A stretch of DNA of 64,000 nucleotides from Candidatus Moraniibacteriota bacterium (GCA_041583775.1 JBFHFF010000001.1:27528-91527); one strand, 5' to 3'. Positions 17,969 to 32,112 are shown, counted from the first letter of the stretch. Numbers and translations: made by a program. The notes: generated by a model not told the origin, from the letters alone.

Positions 17969-18026
17969 TGTATCAATAAATAATTTATATCATATCATTA
18001 AAACATTTAAAATACACTCTTGTCAA

Positions 18027-18407
18027 TCAAAAACGGATATATTTAATATGTTTGATGTGCGTTCTCTCTTTGTATGAATCAATAATAACTGAAATCGCAT
18101 CAATTCTCCAGTTAACATCCCATTTCTTTTCCCTAGACAGAAACCAATTTATAGCTTTATTTATACGCTCTATCTTTTTCTTTGTAATATTCTCTTCCGG
18201 AACAACATATTCTTTATTACCTTTTCTTGTTTTCACTTCCACAAAAACTAACTGATCATTTTTCACATCTTTAGCAATAATATCAATCTCACCTATACAA
18301 TATCCTTTTTTATTAAAATAATTCAATGCAATAATTTCAAATCCTTGGGCAACCAGATAGTTAGCAGCAATTTTTTCACCAATTTCTCCAATGCCACCAC
18401 TTTTCAT
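18027..18407 (-). CDS. yraN: YraN family (UPF0102) endonuclease-like protein
   Basis: GEKIAANYL, GEIDIIA, LVFVEVKTR, RIDAI. Confidence 0.93.
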   Translation of the reverse strand: MKSGGIGEIGEKIAANYLVAQGFEIIALNYFNKKGYCIGEIDIIAKDVKNDQLVFVEVKTRKGNKEYVVPEENITKKKIERINKAINWFLSREKKWDVNWRIDAISVIIDSYKERTHIKHIKYIRF

Positions 18408-18444
18408 TATTTTTGATTTGAAAAATTAAAGGATAAATTCCACA

Positions 18445-19884
18445 TTATTTCAATTCCATTGCTAAAGCTATATTTAAAAGCTCTTGCTCATTCCACCATT
18501 TTGTAATCAATTGAAGTCCAACTGGCATTTTTTTACCATCCCTCTCAACCATCCCTGCTGGAATTGAAATTGCTGGAACCATTGCAACATTAGCAGATAC
18601 AGTATAAACATCTTCTAAATACATAGCTAGTGGGTCCGAAATTCTTTCGCCAATTTTAAAAGCGATATCTGGTGAAGTCGGTGTCAAAATAACATCAACA
18701 TTCTCAAAAACATCATTCATTTCCCGTTTAATCACTTCTCTCACTTGTTGGGCTTTTTTATAAAAAGCATCATAATAACCAGCACTTAATGCATATGTTC
18801 CGAGAATTATTCTTCTCTTAACTTCAGCCCCAAAACCATCCTCTCTTGAATTTTTATAAATATCCAAAATAGTTTTATTCTCAGGACCATTTTCAATTGC
18901 ATCGCAAAAGCCAAACCTCATTCCATCTAGTCTAGCCATATTAGAGCTAACCTCTGAAGGAACCATTAAATAATAAACTGACATTGAATATTTCAAATGA
19001 GGTAGCTCAATTTCCACAATTTCAGCACCTTGTTCTTTTGCGAACTCAATTCTCTCCTCAATCACTTTTCGAACTTCTTTATTCAATCCTTCAGAGAACA
19101 TTTCTTTTATAATACCAATCTTCTTGCCGCTAAGTTCTGATTTTAAGTTTTTAAAAAAACTTCCATCTTTTCTATCCATTGTTGTATTATCCTTTTCATC
19201 CTTCCCAGCAATTGCATCAAAAACAATCGCAGCATCTTCAACGGTTTTTGTTATTGGACCAATTTGATCATAGCTAGAAGCCATTGCGATTAAACCATAA
19301 CGAGAAACCCTTCCATATGTTGGCTTGAAACCAACTGTTCCACAAAAAGAAGATGGTTGCCTAATTGAACCACCAGTATCAGAACCAAGAGCCCAAACAG
19401 CCATATCAGCCGCAACTGCTGCAGTTGAACCACCAGATGAACCTCCTGCTACCCGATTCTCATCATATGGATTTTTTGTTACTCCAAAAGCAGAATTTTC
19501 AGTTGAAGCTCCCATAGCGAATTCATCCAGATTTGCCCTTCCCAGCAAAACCATTCCTTCGCCTCTTAGTTTATCAACTACTGTTGCATCATAGGGCGCA
19601 TTATAATTTTTTAACATCTTAGAAGCAGATGAAGTTACCTTCCCTTTCACACACATATTATCCTTTAAAACTCCCGGGATTCCAGATAACATCGAAATTT
19701 TTTTTCCATTTTTCACCTCATCATCTACTCTCTTTGCTGCCTTTAAAGCATCCCCTTTATACACTTCCAAAAGAGCATTGATATTTTCGTTCTTTTGATC
19801 AATTATTTTTATGTATTTCTTTGTCAATTCAAGAGAAGACAATTCTCCGCTTTGAATTTTTTCATGAAGTTCTTTTATCATCAA
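18445..19884 (-). CDS. gatA: Asp/Glu-tRNA amidotransferase subunit A
   Basis: KDN, GGSSGGS, GSDTGGSIRQP, EVKRRIILGTYALSAGYYDA. Confidence 0.98.
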   Translation of the reverse strand: MMIKELHEKIQSGELSSLELTKKYIKIIDQKNENINALLEVYKGDALKAAKRVDDEVKNGKKISMLSGIPGVLKDNMCVKGKVTSSASKMLKNYNAPYDATVVDKLRGEGMVLLGRANLDEFAMGASTENSAFGVTKNPYDENRVAGGSSGGSTAAVAADMAVWALGSDTGGSIRQPSSFCGTVGFKPTYGRVSRYGLIAMASSYDQIGPITKTVEDAAIVFDAIAGKDEKDNTTMDRKDGSFFKNLKSELSGKKIGIIKEMFSEGLNKEVRKVIEERIEFAKEQGAEIVEIELPHLKYSMSVYYLMVPSEVSSNMARLDGMRFGFCDAIENGPENKTILDIYKNSREDGFGAEVKRRIILGTYALSAGYYDAFYKKAQQVREVIKREMNDVFENVDVILTPTSPDIAFKIGERISDPLAMYLEDVYTVSANVAMVPAISIPAGMVERDGKKMPVGLQLITKWWNEQELLNIALAMELK

Positions 19885-19925
19885 TCTTTTTTTAAAATTT
19901 GAAATAATAGTTTATCAGTAGATTA

Positions 19926-20240
19926 TCAATTCCCACTACCCAAAGTCTCTTTCACTTTCAAGCTATCCCCTTCTCTATTAGGAAATAAATTTCTAATAGC
20001 ATCCTTCCTTTCATCACTAATTTCGTTTAATTCATCTTTCCTGAATTGATTTCCCTTCAGATTATAGTGATCAAAACGCTCATAATTATCAATTACTACC
20101 TCCTCGATTTCTTTTACATAGCCCAAAATAGCGTTTAACTCTTCCGTAAATTGATTTTTCTCACTTTCTGAAAGTGCTAATCTTGCAAGGTCAGCAACAT
20201 GCTGTACATCAGTTTTTGAAATTAATTTTCCATCATTCAT
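19926..20240 (-). CDS. gatC: Asp/Glu-tRNA amidotransferase subunit C
   Basis: DVQHVADLARL...ILGYV; upstream of gatA. Confidence 0.93.
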   Translation of the reverse strand: MNDGKLISKTDVQHVADLARLALSESEKNQFTEELNAILGYVKEIEEVVIDNYERFDHYNLKGNQFRKDELNEISDERKDAIRNLFPNREGDSLKVKETLGSGN

Positions 20241-20259
20241 ATCATTATCTTAAAGTTAT

Positions 20260-23672
<3,413 letters not shown>

Positions 23673-23742
23673 TTCTAATCTTTATAAAATCGGTTTTTAA
23701 AAATAAAATACAAACTAAAATTGATATTTTTATTTTAAACAA

Positions 23743-25616
23743 TTATTTTTCTGCCTCAAAAATCTTTATATAATTTTGCGGTCTATTGTTTATGTTTAAT
23801 TGCCATATTGGATCTTCTTTCGTATAGTATTTTCCAGCTTTCACTGAATTCTGATTAATATCGGAACCCATATTATAACGAATGCCCCCCCTTCTTGTTA
23901 TAACATAGTAATCAATCTGATATTTTTCCAAATCAATTTTTTGATCCGTTATGCACTTTCCTTTAAAAAACTCACAAACACCATAATAGTCAGTCCAAAC
24001 AGTTATTTTGTCTGCATCGTCAAACTTATTTAAATATTCTGCGGCCTCATATCCTCCATATCCCCAAGCTCCAACGATAATTTTATCTCTGGGAAGAAGA
24101 AAATTTGTATAATTAAAATAATAAGGCTTTGCCAAGAAAAGACTAACCATAGAAACTGCAATTAAAAAAATAGATACTAGAACTCGCACTGCAAATTTTT
24201 TAGAAAAAACACTAATTAAATCATAAAGTCCAATCGCCGCCAAAAAACTAACCATTGGGTATAAAATTATATTATACCTTATAGTATTTAAAACACCTGC
24301 CTTAATAGATGCGACCGCATATACAAGAATAAAAAAGCAAAGGAAATAATATAAAACTCAAATCTAACTGACTTTTTAATCACACATTTAATCCAAATAT
24401 ACAACGACAAGAATAGAACTATTGGGGTAACAGAAAAAACAAAAGTATTAAGCTCTAATAGCATTTTTTCTAAAAAATTTGGAAAGTAATTAAGTTTTTC
24501 AATAGAGCTTAAATTTTTAATATCAAAAGGTATAACTTCAAATAACTGCCAATTCAAAAAAAAGTTTCTACCTATTATCAAAACTAAAATCAATGCCAGT
24601 ATTAATATTGTTGGCAATTTAAAGAAAATATAATACTTTGTAAAAAATTTCTTAATCTCAATTAATAACAAATTTTTCAAAACAAATGTATCAAAGACAA
24701 GAAAGAGTAAAGATGCTAGAACTAAAAACCACAAAATTTTTGTATCAGAAAAACCAATAGTTAAGCGATAAAGATAAACAGGTTTCACAAAAATTGCTGG
24801 GAGGAAAAATATGATTGTGAAAATGGCTCCCGCCACAACTGCAAGAAACCCTAAAATATTAATCTTAAAATATTTACCAGCGACAATTCTAGAAATATCT
24901 TTAAATTCTATAATATAATACAAGATTGATAGGAATATATAGAAGGGAAATAAGATATTCGCTGTATACTTCGACAAAATTGCTAACCCAGTAAAAATAG
25001 CTGCAAAAAATGCATACCACAATTTTTGTTTCTTCAAGAAAACACAATAAAAAAAAACTGCGGCGATAGAAAAAAGCCACAACATTGAATCTGGATTAAT
25101 AATTTGAGAAATACCTAAAAGCACTGGCGAAAGAGCCATAAAAATAATACTCCAAAGAGCTATCCATTGATTGGTGTTTTTACTAATAATCCAAAAAATG
25201 AGAAATAAGAAAAAGCCACTAAAGAGCAAAACTGGAAATCGATATGCAAAATATATATTCGGAGATCGGTCTATATCATATTTTGTTAAATTTGCATCAA
25301 TTTCCACCTGGTGAGTTTCTGGATTTTTTTCGAAAAACAATCCAATTCCAGAAATCAAAGCTACTGTAACACCAGGCTTATCATTAATAAGAGTCTTTTT
25401 GAGATTGTGCTCTTTAATGGCCTTCCAATATTGTGGAACTCGTTCATAAATCCAATAATGTTCATCTGCCGTGACAAACTTAGTCAAATGATAAAACCCA
25501 AAACTCAAAAATACAAAAAAAGTTATAAGTAAAATTATTTTTATTACAACAGACTCCTTTTTCTTTGTATTCCGTTCTTTAAAAAGAATATTTTTTACTA
25601 TTCCGCTCAAAAACAT
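23743..25616 (-). pseudogene. ArnT/PMT-type (GT39/GT83-like) membrane glycosyltransferase split by a frameshift at about 24331-24336
   Basis: TADEHYW, INDKPG, INPDS, LSKY in the 5' ORF; adding one T to the T6 run joins it to ILVYAVASIKAGVLNTIRYNIILYP and the 3' ORF. Confidence 0.8.
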
Positions 25617-25618
25617 TG

Positions 25619-25825
25619 CTAAATTTTATTACATCTAAAATCAATAACCCCATTCCAGTCATCCTCACTTTCTTTTTCTATATGAAACATTTTCAATTTT
25701 ATATCACCCTTATTTAGAGTCAACTCAAAACAAGAACTAGGATGTAAATTACTTTTTTCAGTTCCTCTTAAAGAATGATGCTCAATGTCATTTTTCCTCA
25801 TAAAGCTTGGTTTCAATATATTCAT
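25619..25825 (-). CDS. Hypothetical protein, 68 aa (doubtful)
   Basis: ORF only; co-directional with neighbours; no motif. Confidence 0.3.
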   Translation of the reverse strand: MNILKPSFMRKNDIEHHSLRGTEKSNLHPSSCFELTLNKGDIKLKMFHIEKESEDDWNGVIDFRCNKI

Positions 25826-26019
25826 TGAAAATTGCTTCTGCGTTGCACTTCCTCAAAAACATCCTTGAGTCAAGCATAATATATTTATAAAAATACCACA
25901 CAATAATACATCCCTGGAAAATAAAACTAGGGATGATGACCATAAAATCAAAAAATTTAAAACCTTGACCGTGCTTACATGCTAAATTTAAGCGTTTAAA
26001 TTAAATTGTAAACTTAGAC

Positions 26020-27813
26020 TCACTTTTTTCTGTTAAAATATTTTGTGTGTAATAATTCCTCTGATTTTTCTCCTCCTGGCTCTTTTAAAAATTCCTCATA
26101 TAATTTTTTCACTGCTGGATTTTTGTGCGATTTTCGAATTGGCAATTTAGAATCTTTTCGATAAATTACCTCTCTTCGCTCCCTTCTAATCTCTGCATTA
26201 GTCGGGATTGGCTGTCCTCCTCCTCCGAGACAACCACTAGGACATGCCATTATTTCAACAAAATGAAACTCACACTCACCTTTTCGCATCATTTCCAAAA
26301 TTTTCTTGGCGTTTCTAATTTCATGAGCAACTGCAACTTTTATTCTCAATTCTTCAACATTACATTTTCCTTTGGGAATTACAATTTCAGCAGTTTTAAT
26401 CCCCGCCTCCCCTCTTATAGCTTTAAAATCTAACGAAGGCAACTCCTCACGGGTTAATGTTTCATAAGCAGTTCGCAGTGCGGCCTCCATAACACCACCA
26501 GTTGAACCAAAAATTATACCAGCACCAGAATATGTGCCAAGAGCTTGATCGAAGTTTTGATCCTCTAGTTTCAAAAAATCAATTTTCTTTTTTTTCAAAA
26601 ATCTTGCCAACTCTCTTGTGGTTATAACCAAATCAACATCCCGCAAACCGTTTCTTCCCATTTCTTTGCGACCAGCCTCAAACTTCTTTGATGTACAAGG
26701 CATTATAGAAATACTAGCAATATTTTTTTCACTAATTTTCTGTTTTTGAGAATGATATGTTTTTATCATTGCTCCCAACATCTGTTGTGGAGATTTTGCA
26801 GTAGAAAGATGTTCTTTGTATTCTGGCCAATATTTTTCTAAATATAAAACCCAAGAAGGACAACAACTTGTAAACATAGGAAATTTAACATCCTTATCCC
26901 CTTTAAGAAATTTTGTGATTCTCTCAATAAGCTCATGAGCTTCTTCAATAATTGTTAAGTCCGCTGAAAATGTTGTATCGAAAACTAAATCAGCACCAAT
27001 TTTCCTTAAAGCTGTTGGAATTTTTTCCTCAACAAAATTTCCTGGCTCCAACCCAAATTCTTCACCAAGAGTAAAACGCACAGAAGGAGCTACTTGAAAA
27101 ATTTTAATTTTTGACTTATCTTCCATAAGCTCTTCTAGTTTCAAAACCTCATCCTTTTCTGTTATTGCCGCAGTTGGACAAACATTTGCACATTGTCCGC
27201 ACAAAATACAGTCCATGGGCACATTACATGCAGTTCCAACGCTTGTTTGAATTGAACGACCACTCATTGAATATTCTCCTATTGTTTGAATTTGTGTACA
27301 AACCCTAATACACCTTCCACATTCAATACAATATTGATTATCCCTTGCTATTGAAGGATTTCCATTATCCACTATTCTACCTTTTAAACTTTCCTTTAGG
27401 GCTCTTAATTTTTGTTCTTCATCAAACTTTTTGATTTCTGGAACAAAATCAAAAACATCAAGCTTATATTCTTTTGCTAAATTTTGTAATTCACAATTTC
27501 CATTTTTTAAACAATGCGCACATTTTCCCGCATGATCAGCCCAAAGCAATTCAAGATTTATTTTCCTTGCCTTTTCTATATCGTCATCCTCTGTAACTAT
27601 TTCTAGTCCATCAGCAACAGTCAGTTGACAAGAAGTTGTTAACTGACTATGGTCTTTAACCTTAACTAAACACAGACGACAAACTCCACCCGAGGATAAT
27701 AAATCATCATGATTACAAAGCGTTGGAATTCTAATGCCATTCCTTTGACAAACTGCTAAAACGGTTTCGCCTTCTTGGCAATCGTAAATTTTATCGTTTA
27801 TTTTAATTTGCAC
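26020..27813 (-). CDS. hydA: [FeFe]-hydrogenase catalytic subunit, group A (trimeric type)
   Basis: H-cluster motifs TSCCPSW, MPCTSKKFE, EIMACPSGCLGGGGQP; N-terminal [2Fe-2S], His-ligated [4Fe-4S] and 2x[4Fe-4S]. Confidence 0.96.
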   Translation of the reverse strand: MQIKINDKIYDCQEGETVLAVCQRNGIRIPTLCNHDDLLSSGGVCRLCLVKVKDHSQLTTSCQLTVADGLEIVTEDDDIEKARKINLELLWADHAGKCAHCLKNGNCELQNLAKEYKLDVFDFVPEIKKFDEEQKLRALKESLKGRIVDNGNPSIARDNQYCIECGRCIRVCTQIQTIGEYSMSGRSIQTSVGTACNVPMDCILCGQCANVCPTAAITEKDEVLKLEELMEDKSKIKIFQVAPSVRFTLGEEFGLEPGNFVEEKIPTALRKIGADLVFDTTFSADLTIIEEAHELIERITKFLKGDKDVKFPMFTSCCPSWVLYLEKYWPEYKEHLSTAKSPQQMLGAMIKTYHSQKQKISEKNIASISIMPCTSKKFEAGRKEMGRNGLRDVDLVITTRELARFLKKKKIDFLKLEDQNFDQALGTYSGAGIIFGSTGGVMEAALRTAYETLTREELPSLDFKAIRGEAGIKTAEIVIPKGKCNVEELRIKVAVAHEIRNAKKILEMMRKGECEFHFVEIMACPSGCLGGGGQPIPTNAEIRRERREVIYRKDSKLPIRKSHKNPAVKKLYEEFLKEPGGEKSEELLHTKYFNRKK

Positions 27814-27836
27814 ATCTTCAATTTTATAAATTATTT

Positions 27837-29069
27837 CTATTTCAATTCATCACAAAACCCATAACGAAGAACATCTTTTAATGCGATGACGGAAAATTTG
27901 CCCAAAGCACATAATGTCGTGTTATCAAGAGTCCACACCAAATTTTTAAAATCCTCCCTATCATTTTCTGAAAAAGTTCCTTCATTCAATCGCTCTATAA
28001 TACTTTTCAATCTAAATGTTCCCTCTCTACAAGGAACGCATTGGCCACAAGATTCTCTGTGAAAAAAATTTATCCAACTAAGCATAAGTCTTTTGATGTC
28101 TTGGTTTTTACTTATAACTAAAATAGCACCAGAGCCCATTGGAACATAAGAACTTCGAGGGTATGCAGGGACTGCTCCAAAAGATCCAAAAGGAATCAGA
28201 ACCCCTGCAGAACCACCTACTTGAGCAAACCAAGGCTCGTCACCATCTACAATACCTCCAGCATATTTATATACTATATCGTTTATACTTGACCCCATAG
28301 GCGCCTCATATGCACCAGGATTTTTAACAATCCCATCTACACAAAATATTTTTGTTCCAACTTCTCCATTGCCACCAATTTGTGAATATCTAGTCCCACC
28401 ATACTCCATTATCCAGGGAATACTAGATAGAGTCTCTGTGTTATTAACAACTGTTGGTTTATTAAATAAGCCTTTTTCACTCGTATATGGTGGTCTTTTC
28501 CTTGGTTCCCCTCTTTTACCCTCAAGTGAATTAATAAGAGCAGTCTCTTCTCCGCAAATATAAGCCCCCGCACCAACAAATAATTCTAATTCCAAACTAA
28601 AATCACTTCCCATTATATTTTCTCCCAAAAAATTGTTTTCATATGCTTGAGAAATTGCTCTCTCCAATAAAAAATGAGCTAGATGAAAATTTCCATTTGC
28701 ATAAACATAAGCCTTGCTAGCACCAACTGCATACGCACCAATAATAATACCTTCGATAAGTTGGTGAGGGTCATTTTCTGCAATTAATCTATCTTTATAA
28801 GTTCCTGGCTCAGACTCATCTAAATTACAAATAAAGTATTTCTCTTTCTCATCAGAGGCAGTAACAATTTCCCATTTTTTTCCAGTAGGAAATCCTCCAC
28901 CTCCTCGCCCTTTCAATCCAGAATTTACAACTTCATTGACAACAGCCTGTGGCTTCATTTGTAAAACTTTTTGCAAAATTTGATAACCACCAATTTTACG
29001 ATAACTGGTTATTTCCTTTGGGTCAATCTTCCCCCAATTTCTAGTTAAAACTTTTTGATCCTCTTCCAT
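27837..29069 (-). CDS. hydB: NuoF-like NADH/FMN-binding hydrogenase subunit (short form)
   Basis: GRGGGGFPTG, NLDESEPGTYKD, GAYICGEETAL, ESCGQCVPCREG...LC. Confidence 0.93.
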   Translation of the reverse strand: MEEDQKVLTRNWGKIDPKEITSYRKIGGYQILQKVLQMKPQAVVNEVVNSGLKGRGGGGFPTGKKWEIVTASDEKEKYFICNLDESEPGTYKDRLIAENDPHQLIEGIIIGAYAVGASKAYVYANGNFHLAHFLLERAISQAYENNFLGENIMGSDFSLELELFVGAGAYICGEETALINSLEGKRGEPRKRPPYTSEKGLFNKPTVVNNTETLSSIPWIMEYGGTRYSQIGGNGEVGTKIFCVDGIVKNPGAYEAPMGSSINDIVYKYAGGIVDGDEPWFAQVGGSAGVLIPFGSFGAVPAYPRSSYVPMGSGAILVISKNQDIKRLMLSWINFFHRESCGQCVPCREGTFRLKSIIERLNEGTFSENDREDFKNLVWTLDNTTLCALGKFSVIALKDVLRYGFCDELK

Positions 29070-29113
29070 TTGTTTTTATTTTTGCTTGAAATATAAACTA
29101 ACCTATTCCATTT

Positions 29114-29563
29114 CTATTCAAATTCCGTATAACCCCTCAAAATGTCATCTACCATCTCTGGCGTAACCTTCTCATACATTACATCATTTACAACCATGAT
29201 GGGGCCTTGTGAACAAAAACCGAAACAACTCACTCTTTCAATTTTAATTTTATGATTAAAGTTGTCGTCAACTTTCTGTCCAAAAAATCTCTCAATTTCT
29301 CGAATAATCTTATCTGAATTTTTTGTACAACAATTCGCTCCATCGCAAATTTTCACAACAATACTAAATTTTTCCGCAGTATTTATCTGATCATAAAAAC
29401 TTGCTGCACTGAAAACAGCTGCTGGTTTCATTTTAAAATATTTAGCAATTTGATCAATAGCCTGCGCATCAACTATGCCAAAATTTTTTTGAACATCCTT
29501 AATAACCCTTAAAAGATTCTCAGGTCTAACTTCATATTGCATTAAAATGTTTTGGATTGTCAT
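29114..29563 (-). CDS. hydC: NuoE-like [2Fe-2S] hydrogenase subunit
   Basis: SFY, CDGANC, CFGFCSQGP. Confidence 0.92.
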   Translation of the reverse strand: MTIQNILMQYEVRPENLLRVIKDVQKNFGIVDAQAIDQIAKYFKMKPAAVFSAASFYDQINTAEKFSIVVKICDGANCCTKNSDKIIREIERFFGQKVDDNFNHKIKIERVSCFGFCSQGPIMVVNDVMYEKVTPEMVDDILRGYTEFE

Positions 29564-29665
29564 TTTTTATTTTTATACAACTTTTACCACTATAAAAATA
29601 TTATACAATAAAAGGATATTTTATGCTACAATTCAAACAAGCTTAACCGTTAAATAATTTATCAA

Positions 29666-29944
29666 ATGGATCAAAATAAACAACCCAAAAAACATCTTGC
29701 CACCATCTCAATTCTATTAAAGGATAGGGAAGATCAAGCTCCTCTTGTTAATAAAGTCTTAACAGATAATGGACATCTAATCATAGCCAGATTGGGTGTC
29801 AATGTTCAGCGTTATTGCGTAGAACATTGCAAAGCAATTATTACCATTGTCGTGGAAGGAACAGCAAAGGAAATTTCAATTTTCAATACAGAACTGGATG
29901 AAATATATGGCGTTGTAGCAAAAACAAATACTTTAACAAATTAA
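29666..29944 (+). CDS. TM1266-family putative iron-only hydrogenase system regulator
   Basis: ISILLKDR..VNKVL..IIARLGV ACT-like pattern; divergent from the hyd genes. Confidence 0.8.
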   Translation: MDQNKQPKKHLATISILLKDREDQAPLVNKVLTDNGHLIIARLGVNVQRYCVEHCKAIITIVVEGTAKEISIFNTELDEIYGVVAKTNTLTN

Positions 29945-29953
29945 AAAAATAAA

Positions 29954-30472
29954 ATGCAAACTACTAAAATAGAAACGGGAAGGATAATATCCCTTTCAAA
30001 AAAAGACTTACTCTGGACTACCAGTCTAATGATTTCTGCTGTTATAGTTCCTGCTGTTCTGGCGCACACACCTCATAACCAATGGATAACTGGAACAATT
30101 GTAAATGCAGTTCTATTTATTGCCGCATGGAAACTAGGAATTATAAACGCAGCATTTATAGCAATCCTACCATCTTCAATAGCGCTTATGCGAGGATTAC
30201 TGCTTCCACCACAAGCAATGATAATTCCTTTTATTATAGTCTCAAACATTCTGTTAATAGGAATTTTTACAGCCCTTAAAAGACAACTTTTCTTTGGTGT
30301 TTTTATAGCGAGTTCTTTGAAGTTTTTATTCCTAGCCGGAATAACATCTCTTTTTTTTGCGGAAAAAATCCCAACAACCCTATTGCAAATGATGCAATGG
30401 CCACAACTAATAACAGCTTTGGCTGGTGGATTTATTGCAATAGCTTTTATTAATAAATTTCTCAAAAACTAA
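29954..30472 (+). CDS. ECF transporter S-component-like membrane protein
   Basis: NQWITGTIVNA, IPFIIVSN, KFLFL, WPQLITALAGG; 5-6 TM segments. Confidence 0.75.
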   Translation: MQTTKIETGRIISLSKKDLLWTTSLMISAVIVPAVLAHTPHNQWITGTIVNAVLFIAAWKLGIINAAFIAILPSSIALMRGLLLPPQAMIIPFIIVSNILLIGIFTALKRQLFFGVFIASSLKFLFLAGITSLFFAEKIPTTLLQMMQWPQLITALAGGFIAIAFINKFLKN

Positions 30473-30499
30473 TTTATCAAAAAATTTAGATAATATTAC

Positions 30500-30541
30500 C
30501 TAATAAAAAAATACCAATGATTATTGGTATTTTTTTATTAG
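30500..30541. terminator. Bidirectional terminator between convergent genes
   Basis: ctaataaaaaaataccaat-gatt-attggtattttttattag. Confidence 0.75.
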
Positions 30542-30553
30542 ATATCTTTTTTA

Positions 30554-30901
30554 TTAATATTGCCGTTCTCTTCTCTCTTCTCGCTGAGCCCTCTGCTCCC
30601 TTGCCTCTACATCTCTCAATTCAGCAAAAAGTCTATCCAATTTCTTATCCAAAGAACCTTTCTCTTCATGCAACATCCTAATTTTATCCTCTTCCTTTAC
30701 TCTATTTGCCTCGAGAGCCTCTAAGTCAATCCTTGCCCTAGCAATAGTTTTTTTCAAACGACGCTGCTCAATTTCAAAATTAGGAAATTCTCTTTCTATC
30801 CTTCTACTCTCAGACTCCAAACCAGCAATCTCAGACCTAACAGAATTGATATTATTATTTAAAGATCTCTTTTCTGACTGCAATAAATCTAAACTTTCCA
30901 T
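30554..30901 (-). CDS. Hypothetical coiled-coil protein
   Basis: Heptad-rich E/R/L sequence. Confidence 0.65.
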   Translation of the reverse strand: MESLDLLQSEKRSLNNNINSVRSEIAGLESESRRIEREFPNFEIEQRRLKKTIARARIDLEALEANRVKEEDKIRMLHEEKGSLDKKLDRLFAELRDVEAREQRAQREERRERQY

Positions 30902-30963
30902 TTTTTTTTATTTTAGAATTAATTTATTTTTTAATTATAACAAAAACAAACAATTAACCAACC

Positions 30964-32010
30964 CTAGTGCGTAGAAAAAATTACTCCACCACCTTTAACC
31001 AAATCCTTTTCAAAAATTACCAATGATTGTCCCGGGGCTACCGCCCACTGAGGATCCTCTAGTTGCGCCTCGAAAAATCCTTTTTTTAATTCTATTATCT
31101 TCGCCTTTGATTCTTTTGTTTGATATCTTGTTTTTATTGAATAATCAGTATTTTCTTTCGGAAGACCACCTATCCAATTCGTATCCTTAAAAACAATTTT
31201 TCTGGGAAATAACTTTTCAGAATCTCTGTTTTTTGTAACCACTATTCTGTTTAATGAAATGTCCTTATCAGTTACATAAAATGGACCTCCGTTAATATTC
31301 AAACCTCTTCTTTGGCCTATTGTACAAAAAATCGCACCATCGTGAAATCCTATACATTTACCTTCTTCAGAAATAATATCCCCTTTATTGCTCTCAACCT
31401 TCAAAGTTAAAAAATCTTTTAACTTATTTTCATTTTTCATAAAACAAACATCTTGCGATTCACTGTTCGGAATTTTTAACCCTGCTTTTTTTGCTATTTC
31501 CTTTACTTTTATTTTTTCAATTGTACCAAGTGGGAATATTATTCTGGAAATTTCAGTCTCATCTAATCTATAAAGAAAATATGATTGATCCTTCTTTTTA
31601 TCCTTAGCTTTTGAAATACACAAAACTCCTTTTTCCTTTTTAATACGAGCATAATGTCCTGTAGCAACAAGTTTAATTCCCAGCTCATCAGCAACTCGCA
31701 ATAAATGTTTAAACTTAATTTCTTTATTGCAAAGTATGCAAGGATTTGGAGTTCTTCCTGCTTGATACTCCCAAATAAAATTATTCAGAATTTTATTTTC
31801 AAAATCCCGTGAAATATCCTCCTCCTTTAATTCAATTCCCAATTGTTTTGCAATATCTCTCGCATCAGCTAGTTCTGCGTTTTTACCTGCAAGCATTAAA
31901 AAATAAACACCGATCACTTCAAATCCTTGTTTTTGCAACTCTAAAACAGCAACAGCTGAATCAACGCCACCGCTCAGTGCAACTAAAATTTTCTTACGCA
32001 ATTGAATCAT
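30964..32010 (-). CDS. mnmA: tRNA 2-thiouridine(34) synthase
   Basis: SGGVDS, TPNPCILCN, ATGHY, KDQSYFL, ESQDVCF, APGQ. Confidence 0.97.
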   Translation of the reverse strand: MIQLRKKILVALSGGVDSAVAVLELQKQGFEVIGVYFLMLAGKNAELADARDIAKQLGIELKEEDISRDFENKILNNFIWEYQAGRTPNPCILCNKEIKFKHLLRVADELGIKLVATGHYARIKKEKGVLCISKAKDKKKDQSYFLYRLDETEISRIIFPLGTIEKIKVKEIAKKAGLKIPNSESQDVCFMKNENKLKDFLTLKVESNKGDIISEEGKCIGFHDGAIFCTIGQRRGLNINGGPFYVTDKDISLNRIVVTKNRDSEKLFPRKIVFKDTNWIGGLPKENTDYSIKTRYQTKESKAKIIELKKGFFEAQLEDPQWAVAPGQSLVIFEKDLVKGGGVIFSTH

Positions 32011-32069
32011 TTATTTATTACAAATTCATCAAACATCTTTCATATTATAACAAATCAAACTAATTTATA

Positions 32070-32112
32070 AAAAAATTAGCGGTAAGTTTGTGTTATACAC
32101 GAACTTACCGCT
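32070..32112 (-). terminator. Intrinsic terminator
   Basis: agcggtaagttcgtg-tataa-cacaaacttaccgct-aattttt. Confidence 0.8.

Noticed and set aside
25790-26010. Short overlapping ORFs and a catccct/agggatg hairpin downstream of hydA
   Set aside because: No motif, SD or clear terminator tail; cannot be distinguished from decayed sequence
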